In this document: in pieces, positions 47,136 through 57,377 of the stretch
How the letters are laid out: each line of letters begins with the position of its first letter
Position numbering within the stretch: position 1 is the stretch's first letter
Source: an uncultured Rivularia sp.
GTDB lineage: Bacteria; Cyanobacteriota; Cyanobacteriia; Cyanobacteriales; Nostocaceae
Length of the DNA stretch: 64,000 bases
Assembly (NCBI GenBank): GCA_963665115.1
Contig: OY762007.1
Location: 6,144,001-6,208,000 of the forward strand
Direction: 5' to 3'
The notes under the pieces: generated by a model
Told to the model about the DNA's origin: nothing
The model's input: only the letters and a program-made list of their open reading frames with translations
Database searches by the model: none
Translations under genes and position numbers: made by a program

Positions 47136-49247
47136 ATGTCCTCTGCCTTTGCTCGCTTTCCTCCCCGTCTTCAACAAGCGATAGTCTCGCGCTTGGGTTG
47201 GACATCTTTACGTCCAGTCCAAGAACTAGCCGGACATACATTGCTGGACGGTAAAAACGCTATTATCCTTGCTCCTACAGCCGGAGGTAAAACAGAAGCT
47301 GCAATTTTCCCCCTACTAGCTGCACTTATGCAGCACGAACCACAAGGAGTTGGAGTCATCTATATCGCACCCATTAAAGCCCTGTTAAACAACCAAGCCG
47401 AACGCTTGGGAAACTACACGGAAATGGTCGGTTTGCGACGCTTTATGTGGCATGGTGATATCAAAGGTTCGCAAAAACGTGCTTTCATTAAAGAACCAAC
47501 AGCACTTTTAATGACTACCCCCGAATCATTAGAGGTAATGCTTTTATCAGCGAAAGTGCCCCACAACAAACTATTTGCTGATTTACGTGCTGTAGTCATA
47601 GACGAAATTCATGCCCTAGCAGGTACAGACAGAGGTACTCATTTAATATCAGTAATCGAAAGATTAGCACGTTACACAAATAACGATATCCAACGTGTTG
47701 GTCTGAGCGCAACAGTAGGAAACCCAGTAAACATCTTGCATTGGCTTCAAGGTACATCCAAACGGGAAGGTTGTGTAGTAACCCCCCCAAAAACTCCTTC
47801 TAAAAAAGATTTGCGCGTTCACCTGCGAGAAACTTTGGGTGGAATTGCCCAAGAAGCCAGTCAAATTGCTCAAGGTAAAAAAAGCCTCTTTTTTTGCGAA
47901 AGCCGCTCCCTAGCTGAAGATATAGCCGAGCGGATGCGTAATCGAGGTACAGATGTATTCGTTCATCATAGCTCTGTTTCCTTAGAAGAACGCACCGCAG
48001 CCGAAGAACGCTTTCAACGTGGCAGCAATACTAGTATTATTTGTACTTCAACTCTCGAATTAGGAATTGACGTTGGCGATTTAGATTTAGTATTTCAAGC
48101 AAACGCCCCATCTACAGTATCATCATTTTTACAGCGTTTGGGACGTACCGGAAGGCGGGCAAATCAGCGAGCTAACACCACATTTTTTTGTGAAGATATC
48201 GAGACAGCTTTGCAGGCGATCGCAATTATCGAACTAGCCAAAAAAGGCTGGGTAGAATCAGTTCCCACCCAAACGCGAGCATGGGCAGTACTTGTCCATC
48301 AATTACTAGCTTTAACTCTACAATTTGGGGCTATCAGCCCGGAACGTTGCTGGGAACAATTAGCAATCGTACCAGATTTTTCAGGGATTGCAGATACCGA
48401 ATTCGAGATACTAATCAAACACATGATTCAATCAGAATTTCTGTTTCATGCAGGTGGTTTACTATCGATGGGAGACGAAGCCGAGCGGGTATTCGGACGC
48501 AAAAACTTTATGGAACTTTACGCCGTTTTTAGCAGCCCCCAACTATATAAAGTACAAACAACAGCGGGTTATACAATTGGCTCCCTAGAACAATTATTTG
48601 TTGATAAATTAGTTGCAGAAGTTAGTTCCTTTCTCCTCAGTGGCAAAGCTTGGATAGCGACACATATTAATCATCATGAGCGAACAGTTTCAGTAAATCC
48701 TGCTCCTCGCGGTAAAAAACCTATTTGGGGTGGCTTTGCTCCACAAATAATTAGCTTGGAATTGTGCCAACAGATAGCTACAATCCTCAAATCAGAAGTT
48801 AATATTCCTTACATTGATAATAAAACCCAAACTATATTAGATGAGTATCGTTCCGAACTTAAATTATTAACTAGCAATTCTATAAATATCCAAATAGATG
48901 GTGACAAAGCATTATGGTGGACATTTGCAGGAGGGCAAATTAATCACACCTTAAAATATGGTTTGCAGTTTCACCACGATTGGAAAATAGTCTCCGATAA
49001 CTTCAAGCTGAAAATTCAAGGAGACAGCATTGGTGCAGCGACTCTAGACTTGGCGATCGCTCGCACGAAAGATAGAAAATTCTGGGATAGTTCAGAAACT
49101 CAAAAATTTATTTATTCGCAGCTACCAGAATATCGTTTAAGCAAATTCCAAAGGGCATTACCTGATGTTTATTCAATAGAGATGATTCGTAACTATTTGC
49201 TAGATATAGAAGGGACAATTCAATTTTTAGAATTGCAAAATGTTTAA
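47136..49247 (+). CDS. brxHI: BREX Lhr-like DEAD/DEAH helicase BrxHI
   Basis: APTAGGKT, TTPESLE, DEIH, SAT, TLELGIDVG, QRLGRTGR. Confidence 0.9.
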   Translation: MSSAFARFPPRLQQAIVSRLGWTSLRPVQELAGHTLLDGKNAIILAPTAGGKTEAAIFPLLAALMQHEPQGVGVIYIAPIKALLNNQAERLGNYTEMVGLRRFMWHGDIKGSQKRAFIKEPTALLMTTPESLEVMLLSAKVPHNKLFADLRAVVIDEIHALAGTDRGTHLISVIERLARYTNNDIQRVGLSATVGNPVNILHWLQGTSKREGCVVTPPKTPSKKDLRVHLRETLGGIAQEASQIAQGKKSLFFCESRSLAEDIAERMRNRGTDVFVHHSSVSLEERTAAEERFQRGSNTSIICTSTLELGIDVGDLDLVFQANAPSTVSSFLQRLGRTGRRANQRANTTFFCEDIETALQAIAIIELAKKGWVESVPTQTRAWAVLVHQLLALTLQFGAISPERCWEQLAIVPDFSGIADTEFEILIKHMIQSEFLFHAGGLLSMGDEAERVFGRKNFMELYAVFSSPQLYKVQTTAGYTIGSLEQLFVDKLVAEVSSFLLSGKAWIATHINHHERTVSVNPAPRGKKPIWGGFAPQIISLELCQQIATILKSEVNIPYIDNKTQTILDEYRSELKLLTSNSINIQIDGDKALWWTFAGGQINHTLKYGLQFHHDWKIVSDNFKLKIQGDSIGAATLDLAIARTKDRKFWDSSETQKFIYSQLPEYRLSKFQRALPDVYSIEMIRNYLLDIEGTIQFLELQNV

Positions 49248-49267
49248 TAAAGAGGGGTTATATGATA

Positions 49268-50299
49268 TAGCCTTTCTCGGTCTAATGAAGTACACTAAAT
49301 AAAATAAAGTGTGCATCTTAATTCCAGGGTAAGAATGAAAGCATATTCTATAGACTTACGCCAAAAAATAGTTGATACATATAAGCTAGGCGGAATATCA
49401 CAACGTCAATTAGCAAAAAGATTTTGTGTAACTTTAAGCTTTATTGAAAAATTACTCAAACGATACAGAGAAACGGGAAATATAGCTCCCTTAGTAAGAA
49501 CCCAACAAACTCCATCAAAACTAAATGAACAACAATTGAATATTCTGAAAGAAATAGTAGAAGCTAAGAATGATGCTACTTTATCGGAGATTCGTGAGCA
49601 ACTTAGTGAGAAGACTGGGATAAAAATTAGTATTTCTACAGTAGATAGAATCTTAAAAAGAATGGAAATTCGCTTTAAAAAAAACATTACATGCTGATGA
49701 AAAAGATACTGAAAGAGTTCAGCTATTAAGAGTTCAGTTCTGGCAACCTTCTTAATGGAGTATCTGCTGAAAACCTTATATTCCTTGACGAGGCAGGAGC
49801 CAATTTATCTTTAATAAGGAATCATGCTCGCGCACAAAAAGGTAAAAGAGCATACAGTTCTCGACCTCAAAAACGCAGTCAAAATGTTTCTATGATTGGT
49901 GCAATAGGTCTAAATGGTTTAATTAGTCAATATAGTATTTTAGGTGCAACTGATGGTCTCACATTTGAAGCTTATATCTCTCAAAAGTTAGTTCCAAAAC
50001 TTTGGGAAGATGCTTATGTAATCATGGACAATTGTTCAATTCATAAAGGTACACAGATTGAAAAATTAATTGAATCGGCTGGAGCTAAATTAATTTATTT
50101 ACCACCTTATTCTCCTGATTTTTCGCCAATTGAAAATTGTTGGTCAAAGGTTAAGAATATACTACGTTCTATTGGTGCTAGAAATTATCCAGATTTAGCA
50201 AAAGCCATTGATACTGCTTTCAGCCAAGTCTCCTTAAAAGATATTTTTAATTGGTTTACCCATTGCTGTTACTGTACTTCACTAGATTGAGAAACGCTA
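49268..50299 (+). mobile_element. IS630-family element, copy 2 (1032 bp), inverted relative to copy 1
   Basis: Same ORF translations as copy 1; TA flanks. Confidence 0.95.
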
Positions 50300-50411
50300 T
50301 AATATACTCAGAAACTTCCTCCTCAACCTTTGTCGGGTCTTGTTCGTGGAAGTACACCACTGGTGCAATATTACGGGTGATATCAGCAGCAAAAATTTCT
50401 TTAATCAGCAT
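50300..50411 (-). pseudogene. brxC: BrxC N-terminal 37 codons
   Basis: MLIKEIFAADITRNIAPVVYFHEQDPTKVEEEVSEYI, ending at the IS TA site; downstream of brxB. Confidence 0.9.
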
Positions 50412-50467
50412 AAATCGGGTAGCTATGCACGGGAAAGTAGGTAGTTTAATTCTGTATTATTTTAAAC

Positions 50468-50670
50468 GAAGTAAGAAGTAAGAAGTAAAAAGTAAGAAGT
50501 AAAAAGTAAGAAGTTAGAAGTTAGGAGTTAGAAGAACACTGCTAATTATCAATCCGTCCACAAAGTCAACTTTGAGGGGTATATCATACAAGGTTAAAAT
50601 TATTTTCTCCCCCTGCTCCCCCTGCTCCCCCTGCTCCCTCTGCTCCCTCTGCTCCCCCTGCTCCCCCTGC
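50468..50670. repeat. STRR tracts (AAGTAAG)n and (CCCCTGCT)n-like
   Basis: Direct reading at 50468-50535 and 50606-50670. Confidence 0.85.
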
Positions 50671-50675
50671 CTTTT

Positions 50676-51312
50676 TTAAGAATAAATCCTGGGTCGATAA
50701 TCCCGATCCGATGGCAATTCGCCCATAAATGATAAAGCATTTAAATCCGTTCGCATTCCCGGATATAACAACACCACTGGTAAATTACGAGTTTTACCAT
50801 CAATATGCTTGAGTAATGCTGATGACCGAAAAAAAGGATATAATCCCCCAGCCCGTCCCAGGAGAATTAAAGTGCGGTTGCTCTCAATCGGATGATTGTC
50901 AGCAAACTCATTAATTAAATCAATCACATCTTTGGCGATACCATCAGCACCCTCAATATAAAGGGCAATTTTATCTTTCAGATGATTTAAAGCGCGTTGT
51001 GGGTCTTTTGCATATAACCGATGTTCCGCACGGATAATACTTGCTAATACCCGTTCTTCCTCCTGCTTAATCCGATTTAACAACAAAAGATGTAGAGAAA
51101 TTGCCAGGACATTCCAACCTTGACCTTTGAGTTCGTCAGTTAGTTTGCGAATGCGATCGCGCAGTTTAAATTCATCGCGGGGGTCGTAGTGTAAAATACA
51201 AAATCGATAATTCCGCATCGTACTGATTTTGGGACCATTTTCATCAAGTAAATCATTCTTGAGCGATGCGATCGCGTTATCTAAAGAAGAACCATCAAAC
51301 AGCGGACCCCAT
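50676..51312 (-). CDS. brxB: BREX BrxB (DUF1788); +1 G just after the probable start
   Basis: LYPFFRSSALL, PVVLLYPG, YRPRIY; ATG at 51312 overlaps the brxA stop, and removing one G gives MGPLFDGSSLDNAI. Confidence 0.8.
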
Positions 51313-52169
51313 TATTTATCCTCCCACTCTACGCCGAAGACTTGAATTGCCCAAGTTTTTAAATCTGGATAATTCCAGCCAAAATCGTAAAGTTCTCCCA
51401 TGCGATTAAAAGAAATACCAGATAAACGACGCAAACGCTGTTCCAGAAAACTTTCACTTAAACCCACAGAAGTAAAATAAGGATTATCTAAAACCGACCC
51501 AGTAAACTTGAGGTGACGCAAAAAATACAGCCAATAAGCTAATGCTTCATCGCTAACCTTCGGATACTGAAGCTGTCGCGTACCAGTATTATGAGTACAC
51601 AATCCACTATAGGCACAAGCACCTATTAACCCAGTCGCCATTCGTAAAGTGGTTGCCGATGACCAATCACTCTCAATTTGCCCAGTTACCCACCGAGCAA
51701 CTGTATTCCTATCAATACTGGCATTCGGTTGCTGACGGCGCTGCTCCAAAAAAAATCCCGTAAAATTACGGTATAAAGGGTCAGTTAATTGCATATGCCA
51801 ATGACAAATATTTTGGCGAGTCACGGGGTCATTCGGACACCACCGTCGCAATAATGATAGCGCTACAGGGTAAGAATCAAAACGATGATTAAGCTCAACC
51901 AGTAAACTACGAACCCTCGCCATACTTTTACTACCGAACCAACGTTCCTCAAAAGCAACAACTGCTAATTTATTTTTAGGTATATCATCTCTAGAATGTT
52001 GCCAATAAGCCCGACTTTCTTCCAAGCATAAAGAAGTACGCAGCAAGCGAGTATGGAAATCATTCTTCTCCTCGCCATAACAAACTAAATTTGTAGGTGA
52101 AGACACAATTGCTTTGGTAGTCATAGGGTTTAGGATTTTTTCAGCCGATAAAAAGGCATAGGGTAGCAC
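51312..52169 (-). CDS. brxA: BREX BrxA (DUF1819-like)
   Basis: HTRLLR.SL..EESRAYW, ICHWH.QL.DPLYR, WS.AT; gene order. Confidence 0.75.
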   Translation of the reverse strand: MLPYAFLSAEKILNPMTTKAIVSSPTNLVCYGEEKNDFHTRLLRTSLCLEESRAYWQHSRDDIPKNKLAVVAFEERWFGSKSMARVRSLLVELNHRFDSYPVALSLLRRWCPNDPVTRQNICHWHMQLTDPLYRNFTGFFLEQRRQQPNASIDRNTVARWVTGQIESDWSSATTLRMATGLIGACAYSGLCTHNTGTRQLQYPKVSDEALAYWLYFLRHLKFTGSVLDNPYFTSVGLSESFLEQRLRRLSGISFNRMGELYDFGWNYPDLKTWAIQVFGVEWEDK

Positions 52170-52726
52170 TCAACCAAAGGTAAAAGCGCAGCTGCTAATT
52201 TTTTAGCACTTTCTTCCAACGCTTGGGGTATATCACCCACTATTTCCCGTCCGTTAGGAACTACTACTACCTTCACGTTTTGATTGGGAATGCGGATTGC
52301 TTGCTCAAATTCTTCCCGAGAAAATGATTTATTAGATGTTTCAAAAATATTTACGGAAATATCACTTAATGCAACTAAAGGCTCTTCCCCACTAGACTTA
52401 TGAAACGCCAACCGCTCATTTAACTGCTCGTCAACATCATATCCCCAAAAAAATATAGTTCTCACCTCATCCGGTTGAACCATTTCCTGTCGCTTGCGTC
52501 GATCCACCCCAATTGCAGCTTGACGCACGGCTTCTAAAGATGCCCATTTAAAAGTTTTCGGCAATAAACGCGCAAATAAATCCCCCCCACCGTACTCATC
52601 AATTAAATCAGTTCGCCACCAATCTAGTCGTTTTGGTTCGCAAGCACCTTCACCAGCCCAAGCAATCATCATCTGGAGAGCGAGAATTTTATCTAATATA
52701 TTGTTAGCAACTTGAACAGCAAGCAT
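52130..52726 (-). CDS. brxE: BREX-6 BrxE
   Basis: ILALQ..IAWAGE...RL.WW.TDL.DE.GG...YPMPFYR; first gene of the type 6 order. Confidence 0.8.
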   Translation of the reverse strand: MLAVQVANNILDKILALQMMIAWAGEGACEPKRLDWWRTDLIDEYGGGDLFARLLPKTFKWASLEAVRQAAIGVDRRKRQEMVQPDEVRTIFFWGYDVDEQLNERLAFHKSSGEEPLVALSDISVNIFETSNKSFSREEFEQAIRIPNQNVKVVVVPNGREIVGDIPQALEESAKKLAAALLPLVECYPMPFYRLKKS

Positions 52727-53026
52727 AAACTTAATTTATAAAGCCATCACTTGAAAAGTCTTTACTATATTAATGCCAACGTCAAGCACAATGCTAAGAT
52801 TACGAAACGAGATTAGATAAATTCCCCTCATAATCGATTAGCTTCTATTTGCTAATCAATAATAATTAACTTAAAATCCATACTCTCGTTTTGAAAGTAA
52901 ACTGTTAAGATATTTATTTTTGAAATATTTTAATTAATTGCGTTTTTACATCAACGTATTTCCATAGCTATTAGTTGTTAGGCAGCTTCGCTAAAATAAA
53001 ACTATTTCCCGCTGACAATATGAGTT

Positions 53027-53630
53027 ATGACATACACTCCACCCAAACTTCTGACTTTCGAGCAATTTATTACTGAGTATGGAGACAACGCCCGTTACGA
53101 ACTTATTGACGGAGAATTACGTGATATGGAACCAACTGGCCCTCATGAAGAAGTTTCAGGAAATATTGCTGGTAGAGTTTATGCTGAAATTTTTCGCTCT
53201 AATTTGAATTGGTTAATCCCAAAAACTTGTCTAATTAAACCACCCGCCTTACTAAGCAACAGCATTACGTCCAGATGTAATTGTTTTAGATAAAGAAAAG
53301 TTAAGACAAGAGCCGCTATGGGATAAAGAACCAATTATTTGTAGAGGTGATACTGTTAAATTAGTTGCGGAAGTAGTAAGTACTAATTGGCAGGATGATT
53401 ATGCTAGAAAAGTGGAAGAATATAGTTTGTTAGGGATACCCGAATATTGGATTATTGATTTTCGTGCTTTAGGTGGTTTGCAGTTTATCGGCAACCCCAA
53501 ACAACCTACTTTTACCGTATGTCAATTAGTTGATGGTATATATCAACAGCAAAAATACCGTTTAGGAGATGTGATTTCTTCTTATTTATTTCCAAATTTA
53601 CAATTAAAACTTGATGATGTTATGCCGTAG
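53027..53630 (+). pseudogene. Uma2 family endonuclease, frameshifted
   Basis: RYELIDG, RPDVIV, LVAEVVS..W.DDY, LGIPEYWI; +1 A near 53253. Confidence 0.85.
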
Positions 53631-53702
53631 TTTAGGAAGGTAATTGCTTTCCTAAAAACTATCCTAATCATCCTTATGTTGATATCTAAAAATATTTAAA
53701 TC

Positions 53703-54653
53703 TTAAAAAATATAATAATCATGTTTATGCTTTAAAATTGTTCGCCACAACTCAGATACGAATACAGGTGGCACAGCATTCCCTAAAATAGCACCGTCTA
53801 CTGCTGTTGTTCCGCTCAGTTGATACTCCAAAGGAAATTCACTCAAACGTTTTACCATTTCCATATTTGCCAACTTAACAGTACCATCTGGTAAAAATAT
53901 ATCCGCAAATTTATTTCGGTTGGCTCCTTTTCCATCCATAAAATAAGATTTAATTATTGTTAGAAATGAGCAGTCCGAGGTGACAGGTTTACATCTTCTA
54001 CCGATACGAAACTTCCAAGTTGGTAATTCTACATCCATTGGTTCTTTATTACTTTTTTCTGTGGGAATATCTTTAATAACATCCCACCAATTAACAACAG
54101 GTTCGAGGCTTACTTCTTCGAGTAATTCTCTTATTTTCGATGCACGTAGAATAATTCGATATCTTTTTTGAAGTGATGATACTCTACAAATTGACCATTC
54201 AAATTTGTATCCCATTGCTGTAAGGTTTTTACAAATCAAAAGCTTAAAAGTATTAGAATTTTTGTAACCCGGTACATTCTCTAATACAAAATGCTTTGGT
54301 TGTAAATTAAAGACTGCTCCCATTGTTGATATCGCCATATCAAAGTCATTCGTCATTTCAATTTTTTGACGTTTGGCAATACTGAAATTACAGCAAACAG
54401 TGGATGCCCAAAGTAAGTCGGGATTAATTGGAAATCCAGCCCACCCTTCTTCTTGACATTGCTGTACTGATTTACGAATTAAGTTGTGGTTAGGGAAATT
54501 CTTTCGATAATTATCAGCAATTTTTTCGCTTAATTTTGGATTAGTCGGGTCAAATTCTGCTGCCCAAACTTCTGCATTAGGATTCACTTCTTTAATTCCA
54601 CAAGCAACCCCACCACCACCCGCGAATAATTCCACTACTTGCACTGTACTCAA
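53703..54653 (-). CDS. Orphan DNA (cytosine-5) methyltransferase
   Basis: FAGGGG (motif I), ENV (VI), Q.R.R (VIII), GNAVPP (X); motif IV atypical (TVCC). Confidence 0.85.
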   Translation of the reverse strand: MSTVQVVELFAGGGGVACGIKEVNPNAEVWAAEFDPTNPKLSEKIADNYRKNFPNHNLIRKSVQQCQEEGWAGFPINPDLLWASTVCCNFSIAKRQKIEMTNDFDMAISTMGAVFNLQPKHFVLENVPGYKNSNTFKLLICKNLTAMGYKFEWSICRVSSLQKRYRIILRASKIRELLEEVSLEPVVNWWDVIKDIPTEKSNKEPMDVELPTWKFRIGRRCKPVTSDCSFLTIIKSYFMDGKGANRNKFADIFLPDGTVKLANMEMVKRLSEFPLEYQLSGTTAVDGAILGNAVPPVFVSELWRTILKHKHDYYIF

Positions 54654-54694
54654 CTCCTTGACTTGACGAACAGGATAGGGCTTATTATCAGAGG

Positions 54695-55933
54695 CTATGC
54701 AATAAGCATGGTCAATTGTTCGGGTGCGTTGACAATCCGTGATTCAACCTGCTTCTTTAATCTATTGGGAATCCAATCAAAATCACTGCGATACGCGGAG
54801 CGTCATGCCTCCGGCATATCGCCAGTGCTTTCAATGTGCTTCACCAAGAAATCAGCAAAGCGACTATTGTGTAGCTCGCTAAAAATTTCACTCTGTTTTG
54901 TCGTTTTACGCATCAATTGAATTTTTCTAAAGAAATTAGTATCTCTTCTAGCTACCTTCCGAATACTTTCCCAAGTCAAATTTGCTCTAGCAATATAACT
55001 TTTAACTAAGCTCTTAAGAAACTCTTCTATTTCTTGTTCATTGGAGGTTGTAGGTTCCCCAGTATTTATCTCTTCAACTTTTGGTGACTCAGAAATTTGC
55101 TTGTTATCTTCACCACCTTCTTCTACAACGAATGCTAAATCTTTAGCCTCGTAAGCGAAAGTTCCGATAGGGATTGCGACTTTTAGCAAAGATAATTCAG
55201 TATTCACAATTCTCCCAACTTGACCTTGGTGTAATTCTCCAACAACTTTTACTAAGTCTCCAACTCTAAATTTTTTTGGTATTACTGGAGTTACATCAAA
55301 AGCTTGCTGTCTTTGTGGATGCTGTCCTTGAGCTTGTTCATCATCTTCGCCGAGTTTTGTTTTTAAAAGTTTAATGTCGCCCACAGCATCTAAATATTTA
55401 CATTTGTATTCGTGTAATGAATTCGCTAAATTTTCTTTCTCACTTCGCAGTTTTTCAATGTCAGGATTGACTATAGTTTCCTCAACAAGATTTTTCAAGG
55501 TTTTATTTTCCTGCTCCATTGTAAAAAATTTATTTGAAACTTCTTCAATTTTGTCGGCGAACCTGGTGCGTTCTTCTTTTAACTGTTGCTGCAATTTTTC
55601 AACTGTGTCATTTTTTGAGAATTCTTCTAATCTTACTTTTAAGTTTTGAATCTTCTGCTTTAAATCCGCATTTTCTTCTTCAACTCTGTTTCTACTTTCA
55701 GTAGCGACTTGGACAGTTAAAGGTGCAATAATACTTACTACATCAACAACCTTGTTCCGCCACATTATCAATTCTTCTTCGCTTACAGATAAATCTTGTA
55801 ACTGACTGTTAGTATCAGCAATCTTATTCAAGGCTGCATCTGCTATATTACTAACTTCTCTCACCTTTTCTGCTTCAGCTTGCAATGCTTTAATTTGAGT
55901 TTCAATTTCAGTTAAACGAGGAAAGACGAACAT
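54695..55933 (-). pseudogene. Coiled-coil protein with a KOW-like motif; C-terminus cut by a 27-nt HIP1 insert
   Basis: FRVGDLVKVVGELHQGQVGRI; removing 54791-54817 restores TGDRSDFDWIP... Confidence 0.75.
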
Positions 55934-56116
55934 GATAAATCCTTATTATGGAAAATATAGAACAGTCTCGGATGAGAATATGATGATTTTTAAAACTGTG
56001 AGTAATTATTCTTATAACGTAAATAGTAAGCAAGGCGTAAAACTATTGTAATTTATGATTTACTTTTGTATATTATAAAAGCCTTTATAGAAGCGCATTA
56101 ACAATCCACCGATATT

Positions 56117-56941
56117 TTAATTGATTAAATTATTAGTATTTTTCAGCAATACTTTATTGATAGCTTCTAATCTTCGTTTTTGGTCTAAAGCAATGCAATT
56201 CCATCTCCAACGTTCCGACCACATTGAATATTTTCGTAACCTCGTAGTGTAGTAAGTATTTTGAGGATTAGCACAAATTGAAAATAAACCGACTCGTGAA
56301 TTTCCTGCTTCAAGTTGTCCATTACTTTTGCGAAAAGCTTCAACCCTCGCCCATAATATCGCTTCTTTACCCTTTAATTCTTTCTTCAAAGCGTCAGCAT
56401 ATCTTTTAGGGAAAGCATCAGACACACGAGGAGAAGCTTGATTCCACTGGTCTAAATTATTAATAAATGCTTCAATATTTTGTTCAGGCTTTATGCCAGC
56501 ATTTTGAAGTTTTCCAACTAATCTAGGAATGCGGCTTCTAGTTCTTTTTAAACATACTGCATCCGCATTTTCTAAACTTGTTCCGCCTCTACCTTGGTCG
56601 CTACACCAGCCCCGATTAGCAATTGAATTTCCAGGATCAACATGATAGTAATATAATGAAGTCTTTTTTCCATTTATTGTACAATTTCCTTCGGCTGCAC
56701 AAATTGCTAATACACCCATAGAGGAATTGTTAGCAAATAAATCTTTTAATTCGGTAGAATATGAAGCGTGAGTTGAAGAGATGCTTTTGACCCCATCCGA
56801 AATAAATTTAATTACTGGTTTACTTAATGCAAAGCTTGTAATCAAAAATAATAATAGGATATTCAGTAAATCCCATTTGTATCCTAATTTAATTGAATCG
56901 TTCATTATTAGTAGAATCCTGAAGATGCAATTTACCGCCAT
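56117..56941 (-). CDS. Membrane-anchored, putative lysozyme-fold protein
   Basis: N-terminal TM; AICAAEG...YYYHVDPGN..NRG motif. Confidence 0.5.
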   Translation of the reverse strand: MAVNCIFRILLIMNDSIKLGYKWDLLNILLLFLITSFALSKPVIKFISDGVKSISSTHASYSTELKDLFANNSSMGVLAICAAEGNCTINGKKTSLYYYHVDPGNSIANRGWCSDQGRGGTSLENADAVCLKRTRSRIPRLVGKLQNAGIKPEQNIEAFINNLDQWNQASPRVSDAFPKRYADALKKELKGKEAILWARVEAFRKSNGQLEAGNSRVGLFSICANPQNTYYTTRLRKYSMWSERWRWNCIALDQKRRLEAINKVLLKNTNNLIN

Positions 56942-57372
56942 TATATTGAAGTAAAGGAATATAATGTTACTAAAAAAATACTGACTAACAATAACTGTTT
57001 TATAATTAGTGGAAAGCTACACCAAAAATGCAAACTTTTTTGAATAATATTAGGTTGCCAAGGGGCTTTAGCTTTCATATGCCCACCATGAATTAACCAA
57101 TGAGCAAACGGGCAAAGCGGAAGTACATCTTTACCTAATTCCTCATGTCCTAGATGCCGATAGCCGACTCCTGTATGATGTATGTTGTATTTACCATATT
57201 TTCTAGTCGCATATTTGCCTATTCTTATCCAAGGAAACATCGAAGATCTATTGCCAGATTGCTTTAACCATTGATAGTGCTTACTTCTCCAAGCGTCGGA
57301 TTTAATGTACGAATAATAATCGCTTGGAGACAGATATTTTTTTGTTTTCATTCTCAATTTCCTGTTGGGCAT
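56941..57372 (-). CDS. HNH-like protein with a C-terminal TM segment
   Basis: YIKSDAW, HH...Y.HLGHE...D..PLC..AH..IH. Confidence 0.65.
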   Translation of the reverse strand: MPNRKLRMKTKKYLSPSDYYSYIKSDAWRSKHYQWLKQSGNRSSMFPWIRIGKYATRKYGKYNIHHTGVGYRHLGHEELGKDVLPLCPFAHWLIHGGHMKAKAPWQPNIIQKSLHFWCSFPLIIKQLLLVSIFLVTLYSFTSI

Positions 57373-57377
57373 AAAAG

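Noticed and set aside
39534..50670. CRISPR array
   Set aside because: Repeats are 7-9-nt tandems or palindromes without spacers; no cas genes seen
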